From: Naegleria gruberi
Taxonomy: Eukaryota
DNA: 64,000 nucleotides
Strand: one strand, 5' to 3'
Assembly: GCA_000004985.1 (NCBI GenBank)
Contig: GG738860.1
Shown here: piece by piece, positions 1 through 10,425 of the stretch
Layout: every line of letters starts with the position of its first letter
How positions within the stretch are numbered: the first letter of the stretch is position 1
Notes under the pieces: model-generated
What the model was told of the DNA's origin: nothing
The model's input: only the letters and a program-made list of their open reading frames with translations
The model's database searches: none
Translations under genes and position numbers: made by a program

Positions 1-732
1 GTTAGCATTAGATGTGTAAAGCTTCTTCCTGCATCTTATATAAAGATTCAACCTCACAGCAAGACTTTCTATAATATTGAGAATTATAAGCAAGTATTGG
101 AGACCACTTTATCTAGATATTCTTGTGTTGCTGAAGGTCAATCATTGCAAGTATACGATGAAAGTGATAAAATTCACATGATTGAAATTATGGAAACTCA
201 ACCAAGTACTGCTGTATCAGTCCTTGCTGAATCATCAGGTTTCATGGAAGTTGAAATTGATTTTGTTCCTGCTCTTGACTTGTATGATCCAAGTGAACTC
301 ACTGAAATGCAACAACAAGAACAACAAAAGAGATTGCAAAAGAAGGAAAAACAAAAGTTGGATTTCACCAACAAGACTTTGAAAGAAAGAGAAGAAAAGA
401 GACAAAAATTGCAAGAACTTCTTGCTACTATTGGAAAGGACACCAAGACAGTATTATTCAAGATCAAGTTCCCTGATGGAAGCTCAGTTAGTCAAAAATT
501 CCCAGTCACTGCTTCATGCTCAACTCTTTATGACTTTGTTGAATGCATTCAAGAAAAGGATTTGTGGAGACCATTACCATACACAACTAGCTCAGACCTT
601 CAAATAGCCACAACCTATCCAAAGATTGACATTCCTTGCAACCAAACACTCTCTTTCGAATCTGCTCGTATTACTGGACAAGCTGCTGTTGTTGTCACAC
701 AACAAGACAGATTCCCTCCAGAAAATCAGTAA
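1..732 (+). CDS. UFD1: Ufd1 homolog (ubiquitin fusion degradation protein 1), 3' portion. The reading frame is open from window position 1. A C-terminal UBX-like segment follows the Ufd1 domain.
   Basis: Frame 1 is open from nt 1 to TAA at 730-732. The translation ASYIKIQPHSKTFYNIENYKQVLETTLSRYSCVAEGQSLQVYDESDKIHMIEIMETQP aligns nearly position-for-position with the Ufd1 N-domain motif ...[55 protein letters not shown]. The ORF-track start at 97 is a TTG pseudo-start. The C-terminal part (TVLFKIKFPDGSSVSQKFP...TLSFESARITGQAAVVV) looks like a UBX/ubiquitin-like fold. Confidence 0.65.
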   Translation, partial: VSIRCVKLLPASYIKIQPHSKTFYNIENYKQVLETTLSRYSCVAEGQSLQVYDESDKIHMIEIMETQPSTAVSVLAESSGFMEVEIDFVPALDLYDPSELTEMQQQEQQKRLQKKEKQKLDFTNKTLKEREEKRQKLQELLATIGKDTKTVLFKIKFPDGSSVSQKFPVTASCSTLYDFVECIQEKDLWRPLPYTTSSDLQIATTYPKIDIPCNQTLSFESARITGQAAVVVTQQDRFPPENQ

Positions 733-734
733 TT

Positions 735-2486
735 TTATTTTTCATATTTTCTATAGTGTGTAATTCTATTTTCCAAATTTGTTCTAATTTGAGATATTTC
801 TTGTAAATTATGGTCCTCTGTCAACATTTCAATAAATGATAGACAGTTGTTTTCATCTGTTGGATTTGCTAAAAATCTAAAAACAATAGATGAATCTGGA
901 AATATGGATACCATTGCCCTAACACTTGAATGAAATAAGGAGGCAAATTTCTTAGAGTACATTGTATCTTCGTTTGAATTAGTTTGATATTGGAGAATTC
1001 TATTGACCTCATTGCCAATCTCTGTCATTTTTCTGAATGATTCTTCATTAATTAATCTCTTGAAAACAAGGCATGTAAACAAGTCAATTTCATCTCTTCC
1101 CTAATTGATAATGGTCAATTAAGCTATCAAATATATTTGATTTTTAACACTTACAATATGTGGATACCAAGAGAGCTGAACAAAAATATACATGGCATGG
1201 ATAAAACTCTCTCTTGACTCGAGTAGATCAAACAAGCATCCAAGTAAACAGCTATCATCCAGCAAGGAGTTTGTTAACTTTGGAATGTCTACAACGTTAG
1301 CAACAATTTTCACAAGAATAATTCTTCCCTTATCTGCAAGCATATTCCACAAATATCCCAACAACACTTGAAATAGGGCATCTTGTTCAGCATTCATTGA
1401 TTTGGAAAGGTATTTCTGTAAAAGTCCCTTTCTTGATAATTCTAAAAGGCAATACAATGAATATTTTACAATCAATCCTTGCTGATGATAATCACAATCT
1501 TCATCAAGAATATCAACCACTTCTTCTTGTAAATTTCTTGCTAGTTCTTTAGATAACTTGTCGACCTCTTTCAGTAAACGACTGATAATTGCACTAATTG
1601 ACCTTCCACCCAGAAACCAATCGCTCAACATTTTTGTATCCTCACTGATGGTCGCAGCCAATTCAGAATATAATCGAACAATGAATCCATTCACACTCAA
1701 AATGTCATCTAGAATCTTTATGGAACCTTCATTAGGATCCAATGTCAAGTAATCAGCAAGTAAATCCAAAATTCCAAAGTTTACAAAATATCTTGAATAT
1801 TCCTTCACATCTTGGTCCAATAAAACTGATAATGAAAAAACAACATCTCTTATCAGTTTTAAATCAACACAATGTTCATGTGTCTTTAAACATTGAAATT
1901 CTGTTTGCAACTTGTCCACCACAATTTGCAGGTATTTCACTTGTTCACTCATTTCAGTAAATTCAAACATTCCTGAAAGAATTTCTTCCACCTTTCTAAA
2001 TAGAAATCCTTCGTCCTTGTGGTTCATAATCAAATTTGTCTGATTGATAGGGATCAAGTTAGGCAACAGAGCTGGTAGATTAACGCACATTTCCTCAAGC
2101 ATGAGAAAGTACTGATCCTCATACTCTCTATCAAAGTCACTTCTATCCTCTCTATATTCAAATATTGTCCTTAACTGTTTTCTCAATTGATTCGTTACTG
2201 ATTGTTGCTCCTCATCAAGAATGCACAATTTAGAGTGAATAAGTAATGAGTGACATATAGCAATGTCCCTCTCCAATCGATCAGAGTACGTGTTGGAAAT
2301 GATGGATTCTAGGGAAGAATGATCTAAATTACTCTGATCAAACGGATTGCAATCTATTTCTGCATTTTCTGGGGGATTTTCCATGTGATGGAGTTGGGCT
2401 AGTAAGAGATCTTTTGGAGGAAGGCGAGAAACTGCTTCTAGGGCACGTTGCTTTCTTTCATTGAGGATTGTTCGCTTTTCGTTCAT
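735..2486 (-). CDS. Hypothetical helical (armadillo-like?) protein, two exons: 1155..2486 and 735..1100 on the minus strand.
   Basis: ORF 1119..2486 (ATG at 2486) ends PHI, immediately followed on the minus strand by GTAAGT (plus 1149-1154). A 54-nt intron 1101..1154 ends ...CAATTAG. The downstream exon continues in frame as GRDEIDLFTCLVFKR..., which is ORF 735..1082. Phases check: 1332 and 366 nt. No family recognised. Confidence 0.5.
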
Positions 2487-2592
2487 TGTTTTTTTAAGAG
2501 AAAGTTAGTAATCAAAAAGGAAATTTCCTTAATAAACTTTTCTTCTGGTATCTTTATAAGCCATAGTAAGGAATTTAAACTTCAATGGTGTG

Positions 2593-2681
2593 GGGCGGTT
2601 AGCTCAGCGGTAGAGCACCGGATTGCAAAGTTAATTGCAGCAGACATCCGATGGTCACGTGTTCGATCCACGTACCACCCT
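2593..2681 (+). tRNA. Intron-containing tRNA, anticodon GCA (Cys) by position. Intron approx 2629..2645 (17 nt).
   Basis: D-arm GCTC-AGCGGTA-GAGC. Anticodon stem CCGGA/TCCGA, loop TTGCAA|A. T-arm ACGTG-TTCGATC-CACGT is perfect. Acceptor GGGCGGT/ACCACCC has 6 of 7 pairs (C4:A69 mismatch). Discriminator T. The 17-nt insert at the canonical 37/38 position (AGTTAATTGCAGCAGAC) contains TTGCA, which can pair with the anticodon loop. Confidence 0.55.
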
Positions 2682-2779
2682 TCCTTTTCCCTTTTCTTTC
2701 CATCTTAATAATACATTTTTTTTAAATAAACAGGTTTACTTTCCGAAATATTAAATATTATTAATATTTTACAAAAAAA

Positions 2780-3466
2780 ATGTCAAATAGCAACGAAGCA
2801 CAAATTGTTTGGAAACAAGTTGATGATTATTTCGAAGATATGCTGTGTCCAGTAGATCCTATTTTAAAACATGCAGTTGAGGAGAGTGAAAAACATGGTC
2901 TTCCTCCTCATCAAGTTGCTCCCAATCAAGGAAAATTATTGGAAATCTTTTCACACATGATCCAAGCAAGAAAAATTCTTGAAATTGGGACGTTAGGAGC
3001 ATACAGTACCATTCACTTGGCTAGATCTGTCCAGGAGCGAAATGGTAAAGTAATTAGTTTGGAATTCAATCCGAAACATGCCACTGTTGCCAGAGAAAAT
3101 GTTAAATTTGCAAATTTGCAAGAAATTATTGAAATTCGTGAAGGAAAAGCTGCAGAATTAATGCAAGGAATGATTGACAATAACGAAGGACCATTCGATT
3201 TAATTTTCATTGATGCAGATAAGCCAAGTAATCCAATTTATTTGGAGCTTTCCCTTCAATTATCCAAAAGTGGAAGTATTATTATTGGAGATAATGTTGT
3301 GAGAAATGGCCAAGTTGTAAATGATGAATCACAAGATGCCAATGTAATTGGTGTTCGACAATTTATGAAATTAATGAAGGAAAATCCAAAACTGAAAGCA
3401 TGCACAGCATTACAAACAGTTGGCTGTAAAGGATATGATGGATTTAGTATTGCAATTGTAAAATAG
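2780..3466 (+). CDS. Class I SAM-dependent O-methyltransferase, family 3 (caffeoyl-CoA OMT / bacterial YrrM-like). Intronless.
   Basis: 228 aa with ATG at 2780. Motifs ILEIGTLGAYSTIHLA (SAM-binding glycine-rich motif) and FDLIFIDADKPSNPIYLE (acidic motif) are characteristic of cation-dependent CCoAOMT-type methyltransferases. Confidence 0.8.
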   Translation: MSNSNEAQIVWKQVDDYFEDMLCPVDPILKHAVEESEKHGLPPHQVAPNQGKLLEIFSHMIQARKILEIGTLGAYSTIHLARSVQERNGKVISLEFNPKHATVARENVKFANLQEIIEIREGKAAELMQGMIDNNEGPFDLIFIDADKPSNPIYLELSLQLSKSGSIIIGDNVVRNGQVVNDESQDANVIGVRQFMKLMKENPKLKACTALQTVGCKGYDGFSIAIVK

Positions 3467-3870
3467 ATGACCAATCATGCAAATATTGGGATAATCACAC
3501 TAATGAATCAAATAATTTTGCAAAAATACTGACACTTCACATATATGGAAGGTTACCTTTCGTATTCATTACAAAAATATTGAAAATTATAATGGAAGAT
3601 AATCTCGAGATGGATGCCAAATCTACGGCTGATTATTCTTTGTTTTCGAGTGGTGTTCTTTCACCTTTGTCTCGTGATAAGAAATGTTAGTTATTTTCCT
3701 AACCAAATCAGGAAAATGTCCACAACATAGAAGGGTTAAGGTTCCATCATGGAAATTTCGTGATAGAGGGTAAAACACTCAGCGTTGAAGGACCTCTTGT
3801 TTTACATGTTGTTTTTTAATCGCAAACTCTACTAATTCAGTTCGAAAAGAAAAGAGACGAAAGCTCCATA

Positions 3871-4953
3871 ATGTTAATGAATCCAAGTCGAAGAAATTAT
3901 CATCAACCACATCCACAACAACAACATCAGGCAGAACCATGGAACTGCCATGGTTGTATCTCGAGAGAATCAGCACAGCAACAACATGCAACTCTCCCAA
4001 CAATATCTGACCTCTATTCACAGTTGATTTTGTCTGGATTGGAGGGTAATCATTCTGCATGTAGTGATCCTCACTTTCGTCAAGCTGTGCATGATTATAA
4101 AAAGTTCCTCGACTATTATAACAAGATGAAGAGAGTCAGTTTTAGTAGCATGGCGAGTAATAAGAGCACATTGTCAAATTATCCTCAATATTCAAGTCAT
4201 TCAGTTAATAGTGATAATTGTAAATCTAATGTAAATACTAACAATGAACAGAATGTGTTCAGACATGATTGTAAATTAGCACCTTTTAGATATGAAGAGA
4301 ATAGCTCTTGCTGTGAAATGATCAAAATTCCAAGTATTGATCAATTAACCAAACAGCTGATTCCAAATTCATGTACATCTTTGTTGCCAATTGCTGATTC
4401 GAAAGAGAACTCAATGAATGTAGAAAAGAAACGTACAAGAAGATATGAAGAAGATGGATTAACAAAATCAAAGAAAGTTAAACAGAATCCACATTTAATT
4501 CAAATTAGTCCAACAGAGATTCTTCAATCATCAACAAGCACCGTGTACATTTCCAAACAACAAGCCAAATTATTCGATAGTGTGAAAGGAACAACATGCC
4601 ATCAATGTAAACAGAAAACTCTCGATATCAAAACCAATTGCAAGCATTGTTGTAATCTATCATTGAACAATACTACAAATGGAAGAGGTGTATTTTGTTC
4701 CAATTGTCTAAAGAATCGATATGGAGAAGAGGTATGTAACTATTTCATTTTTATCATTTTACCATTTTACTATTAGTTAGAAGAGGTGTTAAAGAATGAA
4801 AAGTGGTCTTGTCCAGTATGTAGAGAAATTTGTAATTGTAGTTCATGTCGAAGAAAAGGAGGTAAAGAACCAATTTCCATCACAACACGAGAAGCACTCA
4901 AAAAAGGATTTAAATCAGTTCATGAAATGTTAGTGGCAAATAATAAACTTTAA
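3871..4953 (+). CDS. CDCA7-like protein with C-terminal zf-4CXXC_R1 domain. Two exons: 3871..4731 and 4777..4953.
   Basis: C-terminus TTCHQCKQKTLDIKTNCKHC...GRGVFCSNCLKNRYGEEV | LEEVLKNEKWSCPVCREICNCSSCRRKGG matches the CDCA7/JPO1 4CXXC zinc-finger signature (CHQCRQKT...FCGPCLRNRYGEEV...WHCPPCRGICNCSFCR). Donor GTATGT at 4732, 45-nt intron, acceptor TATTAG at 4776. Exon lengths 861 and 177 keep frame. N-terminus is Q/N/S-rich. Confidence 0.7.
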
Positions 4954-5036
4954 TTTTGCAATCCTTTTATACAGAAAATCTTTCAAATCCGTTCAATATC
5001 TCAAAATGTGCTTTTTTAATCCCGGCACAACAAGAA

Positions 5037-5987
5037 TTATTCCTTAAGAGCAGCCTTAGACTTATCAATACCAATAATATACTTCTTGAAACCTGGAACA
5101 GCGAGACCAAGACAAACAAATGAAGCAATTGAGAATGCAACAAAATATTTGAGAAGTTCTGAAAATGTAGCACTTCTCTTATATTCTTCTTCACTATATC
5201 TAGATCTAATATTCTTCCACCTATCTTCAAGATTGTATCCAGGATCATAAATACTTTTCATGGCTTCACCTCCACCAAGAATTTCTCCACGAGCTGTATG
5301 ATTAGAAACTGTAGCTTGTTCATTATTAATTTGAGAGACTACACTTTTGATATCCTCCACTCCCTTCAACTTGGCTTCCTTCAAAACTTTGAGGGTTCTT
5401 TGTTGTCCGGATTGTTTCTTCAACTTTTGTTCAACGTTGAAAATAGCTTGAATTGATGATTTCAAATTTTCATCAACTCCTTCCTTTTCCATCATATTCT
5501 TTAACAAACTTCTAGCCTTTTCTTGTTCTTTTTGAATTTCTTCCATGTATTCATTTTCTTCTGGAGACAAATCAGAAGCAGCCAATCCTTTTGATCTTTC
5601 TTCAAGAGCCAATCTTCCTTCTCCTTCAGCAGGAATGTGGAAAATAGCCTTTTTAATACGTTGATTTTCTCTAATATCTTGTAATTTTTCTGCTGTTAAA
5701 GAATTAAAATCAAATCCTTCTTCCGGAATAGAAACAGGTGGAACTATAACACTAAATTGTCCACTATTTAATATATCTTGAACTCTGTTTGATGATCTAA
5801 TATCAATTTCTTGACTTGGTTGTTTTTCATTTTGTTGCAAAGTACTAGTCGAGAATGAACGGGAAGATGATGCACAAGCACAACAAGAACAATTATGATG
5901 ATGATTACCAACAACAATAACAGAGGTGCGAGCAAGTGTTTGCTGTCTTGTAGTAGAAGGAACAGCGCGAACAACTTTCTTCAACAT
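5037..5987 (-). CDS. Hypothetical coiled-coil protein with a mitochondrial-presequence-like N-terminus and a C-terminal transmembrane anchor.
   Basis: ORF of 316 aa, ATG at 5987. N-terminus MLKKVVRAVPSTTRQQTLARTS (basic, hydroxylated, no acidic residues). C-terminal hydrophobic stretch FVAFSIASFVCLGLAVPGF. No family recognised. Confidence 0.45.
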   Translation of the reverse strand: MLKKVVRAVPSTTRQQTLARTSVIVVGNHHHNCSCCACASSSRSFSTSTLQQNEKQPSQEIDIRSSNRVQDILNSGQFSVIVPPVSIPEEGFDFNSLTAEKLQDIRENQRIKKAIFHIPAEGEGRLALEERSKGLAASDLSPEENEYMEEIQKEQEKARSLLKNMMEKEGVDENLKSSIQAIFNVEQKLKKQSGQQRTLKVLKEAKLKGVEDIKSVVSQINNEQATVSNHTARGEILGGGEAMKSIYDPGYNLEDRWKNIRSRYSEEEYKRSATFSELLKYFVAFSIASFVCLGLAVPGFKKYIIGIDKSKAALKE

Positions 5988-6312
5988 ATTTTTTAAAATT
6001 ATTATTTGGGTTTAAAATTGGAAATATTATTTGTTAATTAAATTCAATAATAATTAACTTGAGCAATAAACAAGACAATTAATTCATAAACCACAAGAAG
6101 ATAAAATTCAGAGTTGGGTTGAGACTCAAGTAGTATCAATGAACGATTTTGTTAAGAAAAATATGAAAGTTGGCTGACAAAAGAGGTCGGAAATTGGCAG
6201 AGGGGATATGTCAAATTGATTGCATTACACCTTTGTTAATTGGGAGTTGGGCCGACATTGCCAAGTATAACAAGAGGAAAAACTTGTAGATGCATGCTTA
6301 AAAGAGGGGAGT

Positions 6313-9300
6313 TTATTGTTGCTGATTCCACAACAAGGCCCTCTCGAATCCTTGAGCTAATTTGGCTAAATTGGTGGCTAATAATTCATTTTCCTCAGAG
6401 GAAGAGAAGTGGTTGAGCGATTCGTTAAATTCTGCAGCATCCTTAATATTTTGGAATTTCCATTTCTTTTTAGAGAATCCCTTGCTGAGGTCCTTTGGAA
6501 GTTTGATCTTTCTTCTAATGACCTTGTCGTGAGAATTTGAACCAAGAACCATATTTGAGAAGGAATCAAAGAGAGGTTTACATGATGAGATGTAACCTGT
6601 TTCTAATAAGATTGACTCTATAAATTGTTGACCTGTTGCATCTGTGTTTTGATTTACATTCCAATAGGCAATTGTCATGGAAAGTTTTTGAACAAAGTTT
6701 GAAATTGCACTCTTTCCTTCCAATGTGAGAATATCAAATACAGCAAAAAGCTTATTCATGGATGGTTTTGAAACAATCTTGGCTATTCCCCTAGCAGAGT
6801 CCCAAGAGATGGTCGTCTTTTCATTCAATTGTATTGAAAGATCAAAGCAGTGGAAGGTTTCTTCAAAATCAGACTTGTTTGTTGAAGGTTTGGAACCTTT
6901 CTTTACATTTTCTTGGTAAAGGCTCAATTGTACAGTTAGTTTGGTAAGATTACTTTCCTTTAAGAAATAGGATGTCAAAATTGAAGAACTATCGCCTAGA
7001 GTCTTTACGATTGTATCAATTCCCTTTGGATCGACCTCATTCTCAAATCTCTCAAGTTTACTCTTGAGATTTGATAAATTGTTCAATGAATCAGGATTCT
7101 TAAATATTGGTTCCTCTGTTGCTTGTAAAATTTTGGTGGAGGTGATTGGTTCAAACTTTGCAATCATTACGTGTTTTGGAGAAGTTGTGATCTCAGTCAT
7201 AATGTCCTTAATATCATCTGATGTATCTGCAGATGCCATATTACTGTCAACAGTAAATAATTTAGTTATCATTTCCCTGAAAGATGACTTTCTATGTATC
7301 TTTCCTGCTGTGAGTTTGGTAGAATCTTTTGGATCTAAGCTATTTGGAGAGGAAGAAATAAGGATCGATGGAGAATTGGTTGGTGATGAAACAATGGTCT
7401 CTTCAACTTCTTGTTGTTCGTCAATATTCAGCTTGGAGAGAGCTCTGGATGCCTTTTCAAGGTTCACGCTAATTTCTCTTTCAGTTCTGGCAACCAATAA
7501 TTCCTTAGCGATGAGGGTGAGGTTTTGTAATTCATCAAGCCAATATTCGTACAGAACGGGTACAACCTTTTCAATAAGTTCTAATTGCCCAGAGTTGCGG
7601 GCATTCTCCATTGGAAGTCTATTGTGAGCACTATCTCTTTCTGTTACAAGATCACAAATTGAGTTGTGTTCGAAATATTCCATAACTCCATTAAAATCAC
7701 CATTAGTAAAGCAATCATTCAAATCTAAAAATTCATCATCGAATGGTGATTGGATTTGATTTACAGCACCATTTCCATTCAGTAAGTCCAACATACTTGT
7801 ATTATCTTGTTGTACTTGTGTTGTTACTGCAGCTTCATATACCATCCTATCCTCAGCATAAGTGAAAATCATTTCGGTCTCAGGTTCCTGAACTTGGACA
7901 TAGGCATCTCTTGAACATACTGTAACAACATAGCTGTTTTGATTTGCATTTGGTTTTGGAGGTACAGTAAAACCAATTGAGTGCTTTGATGTGATACCAC
8001 CACTATACGAAAGCTTAGTTCCTCCAAATGTTACAATAAATTTAGCGTCTTGATGTAATTCCTTTGATGAAATAACAGCAACAGGTGTTCCTTCATGGCC
8101 TTCAGTTGGATAAATTTTGTCAAATTTGTAGGAAACAATTTGAATAGATCCAGAGCTAGTATTATGAAGTTGATTGTAAACCTGCAACAACAATTGACTT
8201 TGATGAATGAAATCCTCAAGTAGTGCACTTTTTTGTGGATCCTTCTCATACATTTGATTCAGTATTCTTGCAGAAAGAATTTCTTTCAAATCAGTTACTA
8301 ACTTTGGTGAGATTTGAGGAGTTGCCAATTGTTGTTGTTGTTGATTTTGGGGAGGTGAAGTAAGATGGGTACTATGTGATTCATTGCTACCTTCCTCATC
8401 AGAATGATCTTCTGGAGCCTTTCTCTTTGGTTTACAAATATCTTGTCTCTTTGCACTCTGGAAAGGTTTTGTTTCGATCCAATACAAAAGTGATGGATCT
8501 GATTTTGGTTGAGTTGGGTACTTGTATTTGAGCATTCTCTTAGTGAACTTATTGCTTGGAAGAGCTAAAAACTTTGTGCAGAGAACAACACCCAATCTAA
8601 ATCTATCCTTTTGTGGTTTCTTCTCACCATTATCCAATCTTCCTAAATTTTTATCCAATTGATAGGTATATACATTTGGTTTAATCTTGATTCTGTCATG
8701 TTTCATTAAACAGTAAGAAATGTCCTTATCATCACCATCTTCTCCTCTAATATAAAAATGTGCATAGAGCTCTTTTTTCATATTCTTTACGAAATGATCC
8801 AAAAAAGTTGGAGAAAATTTAACTGTAACTGGTGCAGCTATTTTCTTTGATCCATGTTTGATTAATTCATCAGATCTATTGGCAAGTGAGCCAATAATAT
8901 ACTTGGTATTGTCATCAAAATCTTCTTTCATTGTGAGAGACATGATTGGAGCTTCAAATGAATTAGTATTGACTTGATCAATTAGAACTTTGTTGGTATT
9001 CTTTTGATCCAAAATAAGTTGGAATTTGATTGTAAACTTTGAATATACAGAAGTATCATGTAAATTCAAAACGAAACCCTTTGGTTTAAAGACAGCCTGA
9101 GTACATCCACCAAATTCTTGAGTATAGGATTGAGTAATTAAATCGCTCAATTTAATATTGGTATTGAGTGGAAATTCGGAGAAGGTGAAGATATCATTGC
9201 AACTTGGATCGCTACGTTTAGTTGCAGCAATATGACAACTTAAAAAACATGTGGATTCTTCATCTTTACATTTATCCATTAAACGATCACAATTTACAAT

Positions 9301-9609
9301 TCTCAAAACAATTTCTGGAAGAAGAGGATAGTTTGCTCTTGTTTTCTCAGTACCAACAGCAAAAAATCCCATGCTTTGCGGTAGATCTTTCACCACATGC
9401 ATTAAATTACCACTATTTACCACTGCAGTTGTACCACTCGATAATAAATTATGAATACTAGATAACGATGGCGAAGGAATTACATTGCTAGTTGTAAAAT
9501 TTGATGAAGTCGATGATGTAGAAGGTGATGGAAATTGTTGTTCTCTTCCTCTGCCAATACTATTTACGTTCATTTCAGCCGGAACCTCTTCTTTCTGCTT
9601 GCTAGTCAA
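6313..9609 (-). CDS. Large intronless hypothetical protein, about 1090 aa.
   Basis: Continuous minus-strand ORF with TAA at 6313. The ORF-track start at 9609 is TTG; the first ATG (MNVNSIG...) is at about 9573. Contains a possible IPT/TIG-like beta segment (PTEGHEGTPVAVISSKELHQDAKFIVTFGGTKLSY), a poly-Q tract and Ser-rich linkers. No confident family assignment. Confidence 0.55.
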   Translation of the reverse strand: MTSKQKEEVPAEMNVNSIGRGREQQFPSPSTSSTSSNFTTSNVIPSPSLSSIHNLLSSGTTAVVNSGNLMHVVKDLPQSMGFFAVGTEKTRANYPLLPEIVLRIVNCDRLMDKCKDEESTCFLSCHIAATKRSDPSCNDIFTFSEFPLNTNIKLSDLITQSYTQEFGGCTQAVFKPKGFVLNLHDTSVYSKFTIKFQLILDQKNTNKVLIDQVNTNSFEAPIMSLTMKEDFDDNTKYIIGSLANRSDELIKHGSKKIAAPVTVKFSPTFLDHFVKNMKKELYAHFYIRGEDGDDKDISYCLMKHDRIKIKPNVYTYQLDKNLGRLDNGEKKPQKDRFRLGVVLCTKFLALPSNKFTKRMLKYKYPTQPKSDPSLLYWIETKPFQSAKRQDICKPKRKAPEDHSDEEGSNESHSTHLTSPPQNQQQQQLATPQISPKLVTDLKEILSARILNQMYEKDPQKSALLEDFIHQSQLLLQVYNQLHNTSSGSIQIVSYKFDKIYPTEGHEGTPVAVISSKELHQDAKFIVTFGGTKLSYSGGITSKHSIGFTVPPKPNANQNSYVVTVCSRDAYVQVQEPETEMIFTYAEDRMVYEAAVTTQVQQDNTSMLDLLNGNGAVNQIQSPFDDEFLDLNDCFTNGDFNGVMEYFEHNSICDLVTERDSAHNRLPMENARNSGQLELIEKVVPVLYEYWLDELQNLTLIAKELLVARTEREISVNLEKASRALSKLNIDEQQEVEETIVSSPTNSPSILISSSPNSLDPKDSTKLTAGKIHRKSSFREMITKLFTVDSNMASADTSDDIKDIMTEITTSPKHVMIAKFEPITSTKILQATEEPIFKNPDSLNNLSNLKSKLERFENEVDPKGIDTIVKTLGDSSSILTSYFLKESNLTKLTVQLSLYQENVKKGSKPSTNKSDFEETFHCFDLSIQLNEKTTISWDSARGIAKIVSKPSMNKLFAVFDILTLEGKSAISNFVQKLSMTIAYWNVNQNTDATGQQFIESILLETGYISSCKPLFDSFSNMVLGSNSHDKVIRRKIKLPKDLSKGFSKKKWKFQNIKDAAEFNESLNHFSSSEENELLATNLAKLAQGFERALLWNQQQ

Positions 9610-10425
9610 GTCAATTAGGAGATGGGAGAGGTTAACAAAGGGTATTGCCTTTTTTTTACGGTTATGGTTTCTTCTTGCCGATTACTGTGATTGAAAGCTT
9701 CGGTTTATGTGTCAGTGAAAGTTATTTATTTTCAGATTGTTGGCAACAACATCACTGAAGTATTAAAGAGCTCTCTTGAAAATTGGTGATTGTTTGGGTT
9801 TGTTATGAATTGTCTTATTACCATTTTCTTACTGTCAGTGAAAATGATAATAATCACGTGCATGCATGGTTTGTTTCGTTTGATTATCCAATAATCCATG
9901 ATGATAAAGATCTTTTTAAATTATTAGAAAACCTTCCAACAACCGGAAAGAGTCATTAACAATCCCAATTCAAATAACAATTACTCAAATATAAAACAGA
10001 AAATGAAATAAACAATACCAATATATAACTGTTTAAAATTAAATTTAACAGAATTGACTTTCTGTGCCATATTTTCAGGCAATTATTCCTTTGTTTTAAT
10101 CTAGAACTTTGGCATGGTTTAATCAAATATAAAGGTGGTTCTTCGTTGGTAATGACATGGCCTACAACTATCAATAGACAAAACAAACTCACCGATGTCA
10201 GAATACCTGGTTTGTCTTCCACTAAGGCAACGAAATACTACTACACATATTGTTTGAGCAAGAAATACGATCATCTTACTCGAACTAGCCACTGTTTCTG
10301 ACTGCGTCTACAGTATTCAAATAATACTCCAACCAGTGTTGTCCAACTAATCGCCAACTTCAATCAATTTTAAAACTCCATTTGTTGGATGACAAACGCA
10401 CAAGAGAATCAAATTGTTGAAAAAA

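Noticed and set aside
87-96. Possible intron acceptor (TTATAAG) upstream of the Ufd1 ORF-track start
   Set aside because: The frame is open all the way to window position 1, and the upstream residues align with the Ufd1 N-domain. There is no intron here, and the gene simply continues off the window.
9956-10222. 88-aa ORF in the 9610-10425 intergenic region
   Set aside because: It has no homology, a hydrophobic low-complexity product, and lies in a likely bidirectional promoter between divergent genes.
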